A stretch of 32,000 bases of DNA from Methanothermobacter thermautotrophicus str. Delta H (GTDB taxonomy: Archaea > Methanobacteriota > Methanobacteria > Methanobacteriales > Methanothermobacteraceae). The stretch lies in assembly GCF_000008645.1 (NCBI RefSeq), contig NC_000916.1, positions 30,001 through 62,000 of the forward strand. The letters run 5' to 3'. The notes under the pieces are model-generated. The model saw only the letters and a program-made list of their open reading frames with translations. It searched no databases and was not told the DNA's origin. Positions 18,884 through 28,794 of the stretch are shown here, in pieces. The position numbers were made by a program, and so were the translations under genes. Each line of letters begins with the position of its first letter. Position 1 is the first letter of the stretch.

Positions 18884-19298
18884 CCTCCCACCTCAAACTA
18901 CCATCAGGATTCTTCGGTATTTCAATATAGTGTATACAATGATCCTCACCAACATAACTTCTCAACTCATAACCATAAATCCAGGTACGATGAATCGAAA
19001 TATACTTCCAATATTCTTGGGGAAGATAATGAGTCCGTATCCTTAAAATCAAATCACCTTCAGCCACTATCACACTTATAAAACCCAAAGGACCCATAAC
19101 AGCAGTGACACCGGCAACAGTTGCAATATCTAATATACCATGGAAAACATCCTCTAGAATGCATGTTTGGTGTTCTATGATGAATTTTTTGATATCGTCT
19201 GTGATGTTTAGGAGGCCTGTGTAGGCTATTATTGTTGCATATGCTGCCATGTTGAGTCCTATAAATCCCTCCACAAGAGCATAATTGAGGATATCCTG
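18867..19298 (-). pseudogene. Orphan C-terminal effector cassette (truncated at 5' side)
   Basis: GLNMAAYATIIAYTGLLNITDDIKKFIIEHQTCILEDVFHGILDIATVAGVTAVMGPLGFISVIVAEGDLILRIRTHYLPQEYWKYISIHRTWIYGYELRSYVGEDHCIHYIEIPKNPDGSLRWEDAAYI; the homologous reading stops abruptly at about 19298. Confidence 0.65.
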
Positions 19299-19404
19299 GA
19301 ATGTAAATCCACATAGACTTCAACATTATCATGAGTTGTGATATTTTTTATAGGTTTTTTCTAAGATTTTCCAGTTTTTTTGGGCGTGGGGGGCTGCTTT
19401 TCTT

Positions 19405-19647
19405 TTATGCAAGGCCAAAGAAGCCTATAATTACAAGCAAGCCTCCAAGTGCTCTGACAGTTTCATTTTCAGTTTTTCCCAACTCATCCTTGCCTAATAG
19501 GTAAATTAAGAGAAACATGTTCACTATGTAAATGGAATAGACAATTAATTTGCTGATAATATAGGGGAAACGGAGACTAACCACAACCAATGCAGCAGTA
19601 AAATAAGAAAGGAAATAACTAAAATAAAAAATGTACTTTACCATCAT
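19405..19647 (-). CDS. Small multi-TM protein (family 1-like), putative immunity partner
   Basis: 80 aa (SIYIVNMFLLIYLLGKDELG), preceded by the RBS-like sequence AGGAGGATGATATG just after the cassette stop. Confidence 0.5.
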   Translation of the reverse strand: MMVKYIFYFSYFLSYFTAALVVVSLRFPYIISKLIVYSIYIVNMFLLIYLLGKDELGKTENETVRALGGLLVIIGFFGLA

Positions 19648-19660
19648 ATCATCCTCCTAA

Positions 19661-20164
19661 TCAGATATACACTGCTTCATCCCATCTTAAAGTACCATCT
19701 GGGTTCTTTGGGATTTCAATGTAGTGTATGCAATGGTCTTCGCCAACATAAATTTTAAGTTCATAACCATGCCGCCAAGTTCTATGGTAAGAAACATATT
19801 TCCAATATTCAGTTGGAAGATAATTCGTTCTTACATTCACAATTAAATCACCTTCTGCTAATAGTAGAGAAGCAATCGAAAAAATACCACTTGCCAAGGT
19901 GACACCTTCACTACTAAGCTCTTTTAAACTCCATATAAAAAGAATCCCATCTATAATGTCCCCTCCAATGCATGTTTGGTGTTCTATGATGAATTTTTTG
20001 ATATCGTCTGTGATGTTTAGGAGGCCTGTGTAGGCTATTATTGTTGCATATGCTGCCATGTTGAGTCCTATGAGGCTGGCCCTACATAATCGAAAAAGAG
20101 GGTTTAGGATGGAAAGGTACATGGAGGTTACAAAGCCCAATATAAGCCTTCTTAGTACTATCAT
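19661..20164 (-). pseudogene. Orphan C-terminal effector cassette (variable core HGQTCIGGDIIDGILFIWSLKELSSEGVTLASGIFSIASLLLAEGD type)
   Basis: 167 aa ORF sharing flanks AYATIIAYTGLLNITDDIKKFIIEHQT and NYLPTEYWKYVSYHRTWRHGYELKIYVGEDHCIHYIEIPKNPDGTLRWDEAVYI. It is 5'-truncated and carries the same CTTTG frame change as the cassette at 10646. Confidence 0.65.
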
Positions 20165-20179
20165 CTAAACCTTCAAGGT

Positions 20180-20425
20180 TTACAGTGCTGTTGCCATCCA
20201 GGAAAAGGACGAGCCTACTACAAAGGTTATGGCCATTAACCATCGTATTTCATCCTCTCTTTCCTTCAATTTGAATTGGAGCCAGAATAGAAGAGAAAAA
20301 ATGAACAAGCCTAAAAGGTCTGCTATTGGAATCAAACCATTAAAATGTTTAATTCCAATGGAAAATAAAATAATATCGAGACAAAGAAGGGAATAAAGTA
20401 TATCGAGCAAAGATTCATAATCCAA
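20180..20425 (-). CDS. Small multi-TM protein (family 2), putative immunity partner
   Basis: 81 aa MDYESLLDILYSLLCLDIILFSIGIKHFNGLIPIADLLGLFIFSLLFWLQFKLKEREDEIRWLM..., similar to the 78 and 91 aa ORFs. Confidence 0.5.
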   Translation of the reverse strand: MDYESLLDILYSLLCLDIILFSIGIKHFNGLIPIADLLGLFIFSLLFWLQFKLKEREDEIRWLMAITFVVGSSFSWMATAL

Positions 20426-20537
20426 GAAAAGACACCTCCTATATCATCCACTTAGACTACCCCATTAGGGTTCGTTTGAGAATTTTAGCCCCATATAGTT
20501 GCCGCGGATCGTAAAATACGCCAAAAACTGAAAAAGC

Positions 20538-21299
20538 TTAGATGTATACTGCATCCTCCCACCTCAAACTACCATCAGGATTCTTCGGTATTTCAATATA
20601 GTGTATACAATGATCCTCACCAACATAACTTCTCAACTCATAACCATAAATCCAGGTACGATGAATCGAAATATACTTCCAATATTCTTGGGGAAGATAA
20701 TGATCTCTAAATGTAAGTATGCCATCACCTATCCGCATACACCATCCAATTGGTTGAAATATTTCACCACCATACCTTACTAACACATATGCCAAAACCT
20801 GGATCAAACAGTGAGCAGTATCTTCTGAGATGTATGTTTGGTGTTCTATGATGAATTTTTTGATATCGTCTGTGATGTTTAGGAGGCTTGTGTAGGCTAT
20901 TATTGTTGCATATGCTGCCATGTTGAGTCCTATAAATCCCTCCACAAGAGCATAATTGAGGATATCAACGAAAGCCATTGGACCTTCCAGGGCAATGTAC
21001 ATGGAGATTACAAGGCCAATATAAGCCTTCTTGATACTATCATCTAAACCTTCAAGGTTTACTGTGCCATTACCATCCAAGAGCGAATCTAACTTTTCAG
21101 ATATTATGGCTTGGCCAAGTTCCCGAGCCCATTCTGTCTGTTGGTGGTAGTAGCAGTATGCTCCCATGAAAGCATAGATCATGTCCCTTACTATCCCTGT
21201 TGCATGGTCTATGATGAGGTATCTTCCCTGCCCGTCACTGATAAGCGTGTAATTCTCGCTTTCGAGGATGTTTAGTGACCCGCCGTTGAGGAGTGTTAG
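20538..21299 (-). pseudogene. Orphan C-terminal effector cassette with open frame from the linker to the tail
   Basis: ORF 20538-21182 (214 aa). The same frame extends upstream through TGIGLTLLNGGSLNILESENYTLISDGQGRYLIIDHATGIVRD into the end of the TPR gene, with no obvious in-frame signal peptide. Confidence 0.65.
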
Positions 21300-21301
21300 G
21301 C

Positions 21302-22565
21302 CTATTCCTGTTGTGTGGAGGTTTTGATCCTGGGATTTGGGTTTATGGTTGATTTTTTTTGGATGGTGAGTTCTTTCAGGGCTTTTTTGGCTTTTTTGTA
21401 TTCTGGGTCTATTTTCAGGGCTTTTTCATAGCATTTTAGTGCTTCTTTGTGTTTGCCGAGTTTTTGTAGTGTTTTTCCTTGCATGTACCATAGTGTTTTG
21501 TTTTGGGGGGTTTAGTTTGAGGGCTTTCTTGTAGCATTTCAGGGATTCCTCTGGTTTTTTGAGGTCTTCTAGGATTATGCCTTTCCATTTCCATGCATCG
21601 GCGAATTCGGGGTTTATTTCAAGGGCTTTTTGAAAGCATTCCAGCGCATCCTTATATTTTCCAAGTTCTTCGAGGACTAGTCCTTTGTTGTTCCATGTTT
21701 TGTCGTCTTCTGGATCTATTTCCAGGGCTTTTTCATAGCATTCTAGTGCCTCCTCATATCTCCCAAGTTCACTGAGGACTACTCCTTTGTTGTTCCATGC
21801 TTCTGCAAGTTTGGGGTTTATCTGTAATGCTTTTTCATAGCATTCTAGTGACTCATCATATCTCCCAAGTTCATTGAAAACTAGTCCTTTGTTGTTCCAA
21901 GCTTTATCATCTTGTGGATTTAATTGGAGAACTTTGTCATAACATTTTAATGCTTCTTCATATATCTTAAGGTTATGTAATGTTATTCCTTTAGTTCCCC
22001 AAGCTCTATAATTTTTTGGATTTAGCTCTATGGCTTTTTCGAAACATTTTAGTGCCTTTTTGTATTTTTTAAGGTAAATTAGAACGGAGCCTTTATTGTA
22101 CCATGCATCTGCAAGTTTGGGGTTTATCTGTAATGCTTTTTCATAGCATTCTAGTGCCTCATCATATCTCCCAAGTTCTTTGAGGACTAGTGCTTTATTG
22201 TTCCATGCTCCTGCATACTTTGGATTTATTTTTAGTGCTTTTTCATAGCATTCTAGTGCCTCATCATATCTCCCAAGTTCTTTGAGGACTAGTCCTTTGT
22301 TGTTCCATGCTTCTGCAAGTTTTGGATTGTTTTTGAGGATTTTTTCATAGCATTCTAAGGCTTTCTCTGGTCTTTTGAGTTTTAGTAGTGTTATTGCATT
22401 GTAGTGGAGGATTTCTGGGTTGTTTGGTCTTGCTTTGAGGGCTTTCCTGAATTCTTTGAGGGCTTCTTTGTATTTTCCCTGTTTTAGGCTTGATCGGCCC
22501 CCAGCAAGGTGCCATCCAGCCTTTCCCTCGGCTATCCAATCCTTTATTTTCTTAAGGGGGTTCAT
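21302..22565 (-). CDS. TPR-repeat protein, second copy, 3' end frameshifted at a G6 run (21505-21510)
   Basis: 379 aa ORF 21426-22565 plus the 60 aa out-of-frame tail 21302-21484 (MQGKTLQKLGKHKEALKCYEKALKIDPEYKKAKKALKEL). ATGA overlap with the upstream type-B ORF. Confidence 0.8.
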
Positions 22566-23220
22566 CCTCCAGCCTCTCTCAACTTCTTTTCTAGGTAGTT
22601 TTTGAATCCTAGTATGCAGGCTTCTATTGCTTCACGATTCTCATAGGCCAATAGGCTTCCAATAGCCATCCCAGTGCCTATTATAGTGCCTCCATGTTTT
22701 ATGGCGCCCACAACATCCCCATCCTTTAAAGCCTCCTTGAACAGATCCCATTCATCCATCATGAGTTTACCTAAATTATTTATAGCCCTTCCTATATCAT
22801 CAGGGTCTGGGGATGATGGGACATTCACTTGAGGAAGCTCCCCCCAATTTGTAATTCTTTTCTTCCATTCCTTGTCAGGTATTATTTTTGCTAATTCTTG
22901 TATTGGTTGTGTGTCTCCTGTTAGTAGTGTGTAGGTGATGAATGTTGGCAAACCACCAGGTGAAAGTAGCATGCTCATCATCATAGCATCTTCGATGTAT
23001 GGTAGCCATTCAGGATGCTCCATGATAATAATTAGAGCCAGGGTAATAACCAAGCCTAAACCTAGTGTTTCTGGGGCTGAAAGCACACCCAATTCAAGTG
23101 CAGCTGCTTCGGCTGTTGAAACACCAGCAACACCAATAAATTTCCACCAACCACTCCAATTCAAAATTTCATTCCCAAGTTTTTTGGCTAGTTCTGTTTG
23201 TTGGTGTAGTATGCTCCCAT
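22562..23220 (-). pseudogene. Type-B effector-like module, second copy, 5'-truncated
   Basis: 200 aa ORF (22562-23164) homologous to the 316 aa ORF (KFIGVAGVSTAEAAALELGVLSAPETLGLGL...LKDGDVVGAIKHGGTIIGTGMAIGSLLAYENREAIEACILGFKNYLEKKLREAGG). In-frame upstream remnant GSILHQQTELAKKLGNEILNW. Confidence 0.6.
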
Positions 23221-23297
23221 AATATTCCTGTTTTATGTCTATTAAATGAAAAAAACCTTAACATCCCCCTTCATCTTGGCAACATGATAACTCCTCT

Positions 23298-23534
23298 TTA
23301 TGTTCCGAATATAATTAATGCAAGGATTATGGCAATCATCCATCTTATTTCTTCTTTTTTTCCCTTCAACTCATCCACGAAGAAGTGCAACCAGAATAAA
23401 AGGAAATAAATAAACACGGTTAAAAGGGCCGCTATTGGAACCAAACCATTAAAATGCCTAATCCCAACAAAATATAAAATAATATCAACACAAATAAGAA
23501 AATAAACCTTCCCAAACAAAGATTCATAATCCAA
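23298..23534 (-). CDS. Small multi-TM protein (family 2), putative immunity partner
   Basis: 78 aa MDYESLFGKVYFLICVDIILYFVGIRHFNGLVPIAALLTVFIYFLLFWLHF..., follows a cassette stub. Confidence 0.5.
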   Translation of the reverse strand: MDYESLFGKVYFLICVDIILYFVGIRHFNGLVPIAALLTVFIYFLLFWLHFFVDELKGKKEEIRWMIAIILALIIFGT

Positions 23535-23548
23535 AAAAGACCCTTCTC

Positions 23549-23617
23549 ACTAACAATATACTGCTTCATCCCACCGTAGAGTACCATCAGGGTTCTTCGG
23601 CATTCCATGTTGTATGC
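23549..23617 (-). pseudogene. Effector-cassette stub encoding only the tail CIQHGMPKNPDGTLRWDEAVYC
   Basis: Reverse-strand reading TGCATACAACATGGAATGCCGAAGAACCCTGATGGTACTCTACGGTGGGATGAAGCAGTATATTGTTAG. Confidence 0.65.
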
Positions 23618-23628
23618 AATGGGATCCT

Positions 23629-24045
23629 TCATACTGAAGTATTGGATTCTTTGATTAAAAGGGTTGCGACTATCAGAGCAAAAATACCTATTAATATTCT
23701 GTCTAAGATTATCATTGTTAAAGCAAAGATGTATGCTAGTATTATGGAGGATTTGGCTAACCATTCCATCTTAAGTTTCCCTATCTTATTTAAGAAGATG
23801 AAAGAGATTATGAGGAATGTGAAAGCCCCCACATCCCCCCCAAGGAAAAAAGATCCAATGGCAAGCAACACACCACCTATAACCCCATATAAGAGAAAAT
23901 CCAACCTCTTTTCCCGTTCTCCTAAACCTCCTAATATCAGTAATATACAACCTATAAATACTAACATAAAAAGTATACAGCCTATGATTATTCTTAAACC
24001 TAACATAGAACCACCCATCCTTTTTCTCCAATCACCCCACCACAA
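23629..24045 (-). CDS. Multi-TM protein, putative immunity partner of the 840 aa protein
   Basis: 138 aa with about 4 hydrophobic segments, first ORF downstream of 24150. Confidence 0.5.
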   Translation of the reverse strand: MWWGDWRKRMGGSMLGLRIIIGCILFMLVFIGCILLILGGLGEREKRLDFLLYGVIGGVLLAIGSFFLGGDVGAFTFLIISFIFLNKIGKLKMEWLAKSSIILAYIFALTMIILDRILIGIFALIVATLLIKESNTSV

Positions 24046-24149
24046 ATCACCTCAAAGCCAAAACCAAACACAACTTAGTAGATCTGCCACTGAAACCAAC
24101 ACCTAGATAATCAGCACATAAAGCTTATCAATCCAAACAAACCACCACC

Positions 24150-26672
24150 TTAAATATATACTGCTTCATCCCACCGTAGAGTACCATCAGGGTCCTTCGG
24201 TATTTCAATATAGTGTATACAATGATCCTCACCAACATAAGCCCTAAGCTCATAACCATGAGCCCATGTACGATGATATGCAATATATTTCCAATATTCC
24301 TCTGGGAGATAATGATCCCTAAAATCGAGTATCCCATTGCCTATAGCCATACACAAACCAACTGGCTGAAGTATTACCCCACCACCAGATTTCGATAATA
24401 CATATATTACTGCTGGAAGCATATATTCAACAAAATCATTTGAAATGTATGTTTGATGTTCCACGATAAATTCTTTGATGCTGCCTGTAATGTTGTTGAG
24501 TTTGGAGTTTATGTAGGCTATTGTTGTTGCGTATGCTGCTATGTTAACTCCTATGAGGCCCTGACCCACCAAGCCATAACTGATGATTTCAACAAAGGTC
24601 ATGGGGTTATGTAGGGCGAGTCGCATTGAAACTATAAGACCCATGAAGGCTTTTCCCACACTATCCCTTAAACCTTCAAGATTTACTGTGCCATTACCAT
24701 CCAAGAGTGACTTTAACCTTTCAGAGGACATTATGGTTCGGCCAAGTTCTTGGGCCCATTCTGTTTGTTGGTGGTAGTAGCAGTATGCTCCCATGAAAGC
24801 ATAGATCATGTCCCTTACTATCCCTGTTGCATGGTCTATGATGAGGTATCTTCCCTGCCCGTCACTGATAAGCGTGTAATTCCCGCTTTCGAGGATGTTT
24901 AGTGACCCGCCGTTGAGGAGTGTTAGGCCTATTCCTGTTGTGGGCGCGCTTGTGGGGTCTGATCCTGGGAAGAGGGCCTCCATCACATAGTATTCTATTG
25001 GATTTATAGCTGATGTTCTCGCATAATTGAATGCTTTAATGTTTTCGGGTGTGCCTTCTGCTTTCACGGCCATGTTGTGGTTGCATTCGAGGCTTATCCA
25101 TGTCCCTGGGCTGTGGTCTCCTGCTGAGACCATCACTGGCATGGTCCTGGTCCATGTTACATTATAGCGCGTGGCTGCTTCTTCTGCGATGAGATCGTGG
25201 AGGTATATTACTTCAAGGCCTGTTAGGAATGTTCCGTGGGCTGCCTTTAATGGTCCGGGCTCGTATGTCCTGTTTAGCCACTTTTGTAATGTCTGGTTTG
25301 TTATCTTCCCTGTGGCGAGGGTGTAGGTTATGATGGCGTCGTAGTTGCTAGCCTCCCAGATGAGAGTGTCGTTTATTATGATATTGGGTCCTGTTTCTCC
25401 TGGTGGGTGTATGTATTGGCCGTTTGTGTAGAGTAGGAGGAGTGTTCTTGTTGATTTGTTCCCTGGGAATGTTATATTGGCTATTGTCACCTTTTCCTCG
25501 CCGGGATACTCCACACTGACCTGTAAAGGGTCTATGCACTTGTTATAGTTTGTGAGTATGAATATCTTTTCTGCCTGGGTTAAATTGAAGTTGTTGAGAT
25601 ATTCATTCACTTGAGGTTCTGCTCCGAGTTTTGTGTAAATTTCTATGAGTCTGTTCAGGCCAGCTATGACTTGCCAGACTATTTCTCTTTGACTCTGGCT
25701 GTTAGCCTGGTAGAATGGGTTAGTGACCTCGGCTAGTTTGTATGCTATGCCATCCTCCACAAGGAATATTGTTTCATTGAATAGGCCCGAAGATATAGCC
25801 CCTATACTAATCCATTTAACCGTGTCATTGAGCGGAATTTTAAATGTTAAATTTAGGGGCTTCCCAGAGGATGTTGCCGTGGAATTAACATGGACCGTTG
25901 CAAGCATAACCTCCAATGTAATAGTCTTCGTGTCTGTTATGCCATAGCCTTGGACTGTTAGGGTTACTTTGTAGGTTCCTGGTTTGTAGGCGTGTACTGG
26001 ATTCTTCTGGGTGCTTGTGCTTTGGTCTCCGAAGTCCCATTTGTAGTATTGTATTGTCCCTGTACTTTTATCCTGGAATTGGACATTATAGCCTTGTATT
26101 GTGTAGGTGTAGTCTGCCCTTGGCCTTACTATAATTCCACCCTTACCTGTAACATATTCTACTGTTACATAGTTTGGTAGTCTTCCTGTGCTGTTGTAGA
26201 AGTTTATTATCCTTGCATTGGCATATATTAGGCTTTCTGGGCGGACTTGTCCAATGGCTGTGCTGGCATAATTCGGCGACCTCCCATAGGATTCCATGAA
26301 AGCCTTAACATTCTTTGCCACCTGCAAGTATCCTGCTTTTTGGAGTGTTCCTGTTCCTGTTCCACTTGGACTGGGCGGGGAGGCCATACTATTGAATGAC
26401 AAGCCAACTCTCCTACCCTGATCGAGGTTTATGATGGTTGAGGATGAGGCGTAGAGGTAGTCGTCTGCCGACACATTCTTACCGTTAATCACAACCTGTG
26501 ATGGTATTTTTTCATGTTGTGCAGTGTAGTTTCCGATCAGCTTTGAAACGTCACAAATCTCATCATAGGATAAACTCACAGCTGAAGAACTGCCCAAAAG
26601 ACAGAAACAAGAGAGGATTGCCAGAAGAAACAATAACCTCCTCACAGCCACCACCATAATATGATAACACAT
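24150..26672 (-). CDS. Secreted, pseudomurein-binding, PKD-containing large protein with polymorphic C-terminus (copy B); actual start probably at 26657
   Basis: 840 aa, essentially identical to copy A through ...MIYAFMGAYCYYHQQTEWA, then divergent (QELGRTIMSSERLKSLLDGNG...). Same tail GEDHCIHYIEIPKDPDGTLRWDEAVYI. Confidence 0.75.
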   Translation of the reverse strand: MCYHIMVVAVRRLLFLLAILSCFCLLGSSSAVSLSYDEICDVSKLIGNYTAQHEKIPSQVVINGKNVSADDYLYASSSTIINLDQGRRVGLSFNSMASPPSPSGTGTGTLQKAGYLQVAKNVKAFMESYGRSPNYASTAIGQVRPESLIYANARIINFYNSTGRLPNYVTVEYVTGKGGIIVRPRADYTYTIQGYNVQFQDKSTGTIQYYKWDFGDQSTSTQKNPVHAYKPGTYKVTLTVQGYGITDTKTITLEVMLATVHVNSTATSSGKPLNLTFKIPLNDTVKWISIGAISSGLFNETIFLVEDGIAYKLAEVTNPFYQANSQSQREIVWQVIAGLNRLIEIYTKLGAEPQVNEYLNNFNLTQAEKIFILTNYNKCIDPLQVSVEYPGEEKVTIANITFPGNKSTRTLLLLYTNGQYIHPPGETGPNIIINDTLIWEASNYDAIITYTLATGKITNQTLQKWLNRTYEPGPLKAAHGTFLTGLEVIYLHDLIAEEAATRYNVTWTRTMPVMVSAGDHSPGTWISLECNHNMAVKAEGTPENIKAFNYARTSAINPIEYYVMEALFPGSDPTSAPTTGIGLTLLNGGSLNILESGNYTLISDGQGRYLIIDHATGIVRDMIYAFMGAYCYYHQQTEWAQELGRTIMSSERLKSLLDGNGTVNLEGLRDSVGKAFMGLIVSMRLALHNPMTFVEIISYGLVGQGLIGVNIAAYATTIAYINSKLNNITGSIKEFIVEHQTYISNDFVEYMLPAVIYVLSKSGGGVILQPVGLCMAIGNGILDFRDHYLPEEYWKYIAYHRTWAHGYELRAYVGEDHCIHYIEIPKDPDGTLRWDEAVYI

Positions 26673-26717
26673 TATAGTATAAAAAGATTACTATCTCTTT
26701 TAGGGACCGAAAAATAT
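24763..26717 (-). repeat. Long near-identical direct repeat, copy B (partner 16262-18216)
   Basis: See copy A. Confidence 0.85.
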
Positions 26718-26929
26718 AAATATGAGGATTTTGGGGGTTGTTTTATTTGTAATGTTGCATGATCATGTTCTCCCTTCATTTTTTTCTGGTGTTCCTTAAC
26801 ATAATTGCCTCTGCTAATCTGTACGTTGTTGTTCCATTTTTTTACCTGCAGCCCCTGTAACTGTAATACCGACTCCAGAAACAGCTCACCCCAAGGATTC
26901 CAACCTAAATAGCTTCCAGATCATTAAAT

Positions 26930-27180
26930 ACTCCTAAAGCTATAACACCAAAGCCCAGCAGGTTGAAAAAGTGAAATAATTTTTCATATCTAAAAAAATC
27001 AAAGTTTTGATGTTATGAGGTATCATTCCTATAAATAGGCACAACCACTCCAAATTGCTAATATGCCTCTTCAAGTGTGTAGCCCAACCACCAGGCAACC
27101 ATGCAAGCATCAGAAACAAACCTATTATACAACCCCAACTAAAGTGCCGCCAATTACATATTTTCCAACTTTATGCCAAA
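26930..27180 (-). pseudogene. Remnant of a small membrane protein (NWRHFSWGCIIGLFLMLAWLPGGWATHLKRHISNLEWLCLFIG...)
   Basis: Open reverse-strand stretch without a clear start. Hydrophobic character matches the other island TM proteins. Confidence 0.3.
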
Positions 27181-27203
27181 TTAAGTTTATATATGTCAAA
27201 AGT

Positions 27204-27599
27204 TTATTTCCTTCTTTGTTGATCAAATGTAAGTAAAATTAACGCCGCTATAGCCACTACAGTCATAATAGTTCTTAGTGATAATGGCTGTTGGGTTAAT
27301 ACTACTATATAAAAAAATAAAGCCAAAAATATTGTGTAAAACAAGAGTTTTAATCTTCTTCCAGGACTATTATAAATACTTTGAAGTCTGATGTATCCAT
27401 AGAAAGTTAGTATCATTAACATGAACATTAACAATCTTAACTCTAAATATTGGAAAAAATTAAATTCTATGTATAAAAAAATGCCAAAAAATACCACGCA
27501 CAAAAGTAATGTTATTCTTTTTTCATTTTTTTCACTTATCTCAAACATACTTCTTCCACTCCCTAAAATTAAAATAATAATTAGGTATATGTCCACCAT
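27204..27599 (-). CDS. Multi-TM protein, putative immunity partner of peptide 27581-27808
   Basis: 131 aa, homologous to 28390-28758 (LRLLMFMLMILTFYGYIR... / LMVFLMMLAMLSLYGYRT...; ALFFYIVVLTQQPL / ALFLYIILVLQPAL). Start overlaps the peptide stop by 19 nt. Confidence 0.6.
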   Translation of the reverse strand: MVDIYLIIILILGSGRSMFEISEKNEKRITLLLCVVFFGIFLYIEFNFFQYLELRLLMFMLMILTFYGYIRLQSIYNSPGRRLKLLFYTIFLALFFYIVVLTQQPLSLRTIMTVVAIAALILLTFDQQRRK

Positions 27600-27835
27600 C
27601 CCTCATTAACATGCGCTGTTCCTATAGTACCTAAGTAAGCTGTCCCTAATAAACCAAAAAACTTACCCACTGGATGATCTGTGTAACCTAGCGTCACACA
27701 AACCCAGGCACACCCATAGTAGACTCTCCACCAGTTAAACTCCTTACCATGCCATTTACCCTTCTTCTTCAACCGGTACTTCCAGTTTTTACCAATGATC
27801 TTTTGCATTTCCTCTCTGCTTAGGACTTTTTATCT
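27581..27835 (-). CDS. Small bacteriocin-like precursor with leader-like LSREEMQKIIGK; upstream part out of frame
   Basis: VLSREEMQKIIGKNWKYRLKKKGKWHGKEFNWWRVYYGCAWVCVTLGYTDHPVGKFFGLLGTAYLGTIGTAHVNEGWWTYT. A stop or frame break sits directly upstream of the LS motif. Confidence 0.55.
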
Positions 27836-27998
27836 GCTATGTTCGCGATTTGATCTCTATCCGTGCTTATATGGTCTTTTGCCTTTGACGTTCTTGCATC
27901 TCCCCTAATTTTACTGGTCGTTGATTCTATTAGCTTTTGGATCCCCCTCTTTTGTGCTTGTCAATGTAAAGGTCCGATAGGAAATGCTGGTTGGAGGG

Positions 27999-28211
27999 TC
28001 AAGATGCTTTTGGTTTAATCTTCGCGAATAATCCCAGTGTCATCAATATTAGTGTTATGAAGAAGGATCCGAGGCAAAGGCATATTAGCCAGAAGGGGCT
28101 GAGGCCACCTAATAATGTCCCCGCGGGGCCTTTGACCACAAACTCCACCAGATTCATAATACATAATGTTAGGGCCACCACTATCATATTAACATTTTCT
28201 TCCCCTTTCAT
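27999..28211 (-). CDS. Small two-TM protein, hypothetical
   Basis: 70 aa with two hydrophobic segments (NMIVVALTLCIMNLVEFVV; PFWLICLCLGSFFITLILMTLGLFA). Confidence 0.4.
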   Translation of the reverse strand: MKGEENVNMIVVALTLCIMNLVEFVVKGPAGTLLGGLSPFWLICLCLGSFFITLILMTLGLFAKIKPKAS

Positions 28212-28389
28212 GCTGAAATGCGCTATAAAATATCCGGTCAGGACAAAATGTCATCCTAATTCACCTTTGAATAGCAAAGTATTCTCCTCTCATAATGTGG
28301 ACTATAAAATATGCCAACCATATCTCCACTCAAACTGTGGGAATAATGTACAGTTATCCCAGTAGATTCCCAATCCTCAATGGGGGGTC

Positions 28390-28758
28390 CTAAGTCTCTT
28401 TGTTTTTAGTGGCGGTTCTTAGGAAAGTTTTCAGTTGAGGCGCGTTGATTAGGAAGAGTGTTGTCAGTAATCCGATGGCTACATACCAGTTTAAGGTGTT
28501 TAATGCTGGTTGAAGTACCAGTATGATGTAGAGGAAGAGTGCTGTGAGGACCGTCTCAACAAAAACTTTAAGCTGCCATTTATTGTGTCGATTTGAAGTT
28601 CTATAACCATAGAGGGAGAGCATGGCAAGCATCATCAGAAAAACCATTAACTCCGAGGCTCCATGGACATCAAACACATAAAGGAATGAAATTACCATAA
28701 AAACCGTGAATATGCCTAAAAAATATCTCAAATCTCTATTCCTCCTTTCATCAGACAT
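28390..28758 (-). CDS. Multi-TM protein, putative immunity partner of peptide 28795-29067
   Basis: 122 aa, about 4 hydrophobic segments, homologous to the 131 aa ORF. Confidence 0.6.
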   Translation of the reverse strand: MSDERRNRDLRYFLGIFTVFMVISFLYVFDVHGASELMVFLMMLAMLSLYGYRTSNRHNKWQLKVFVETVLTALFLYIILVLQPALNTLNWYVAIGLLTTLFLINAPQLKTFLRTATKNKET

Positions 28759-28794
28759 TATAAAAACCTCCTGAATAAGAAAAATGGTGGTACT

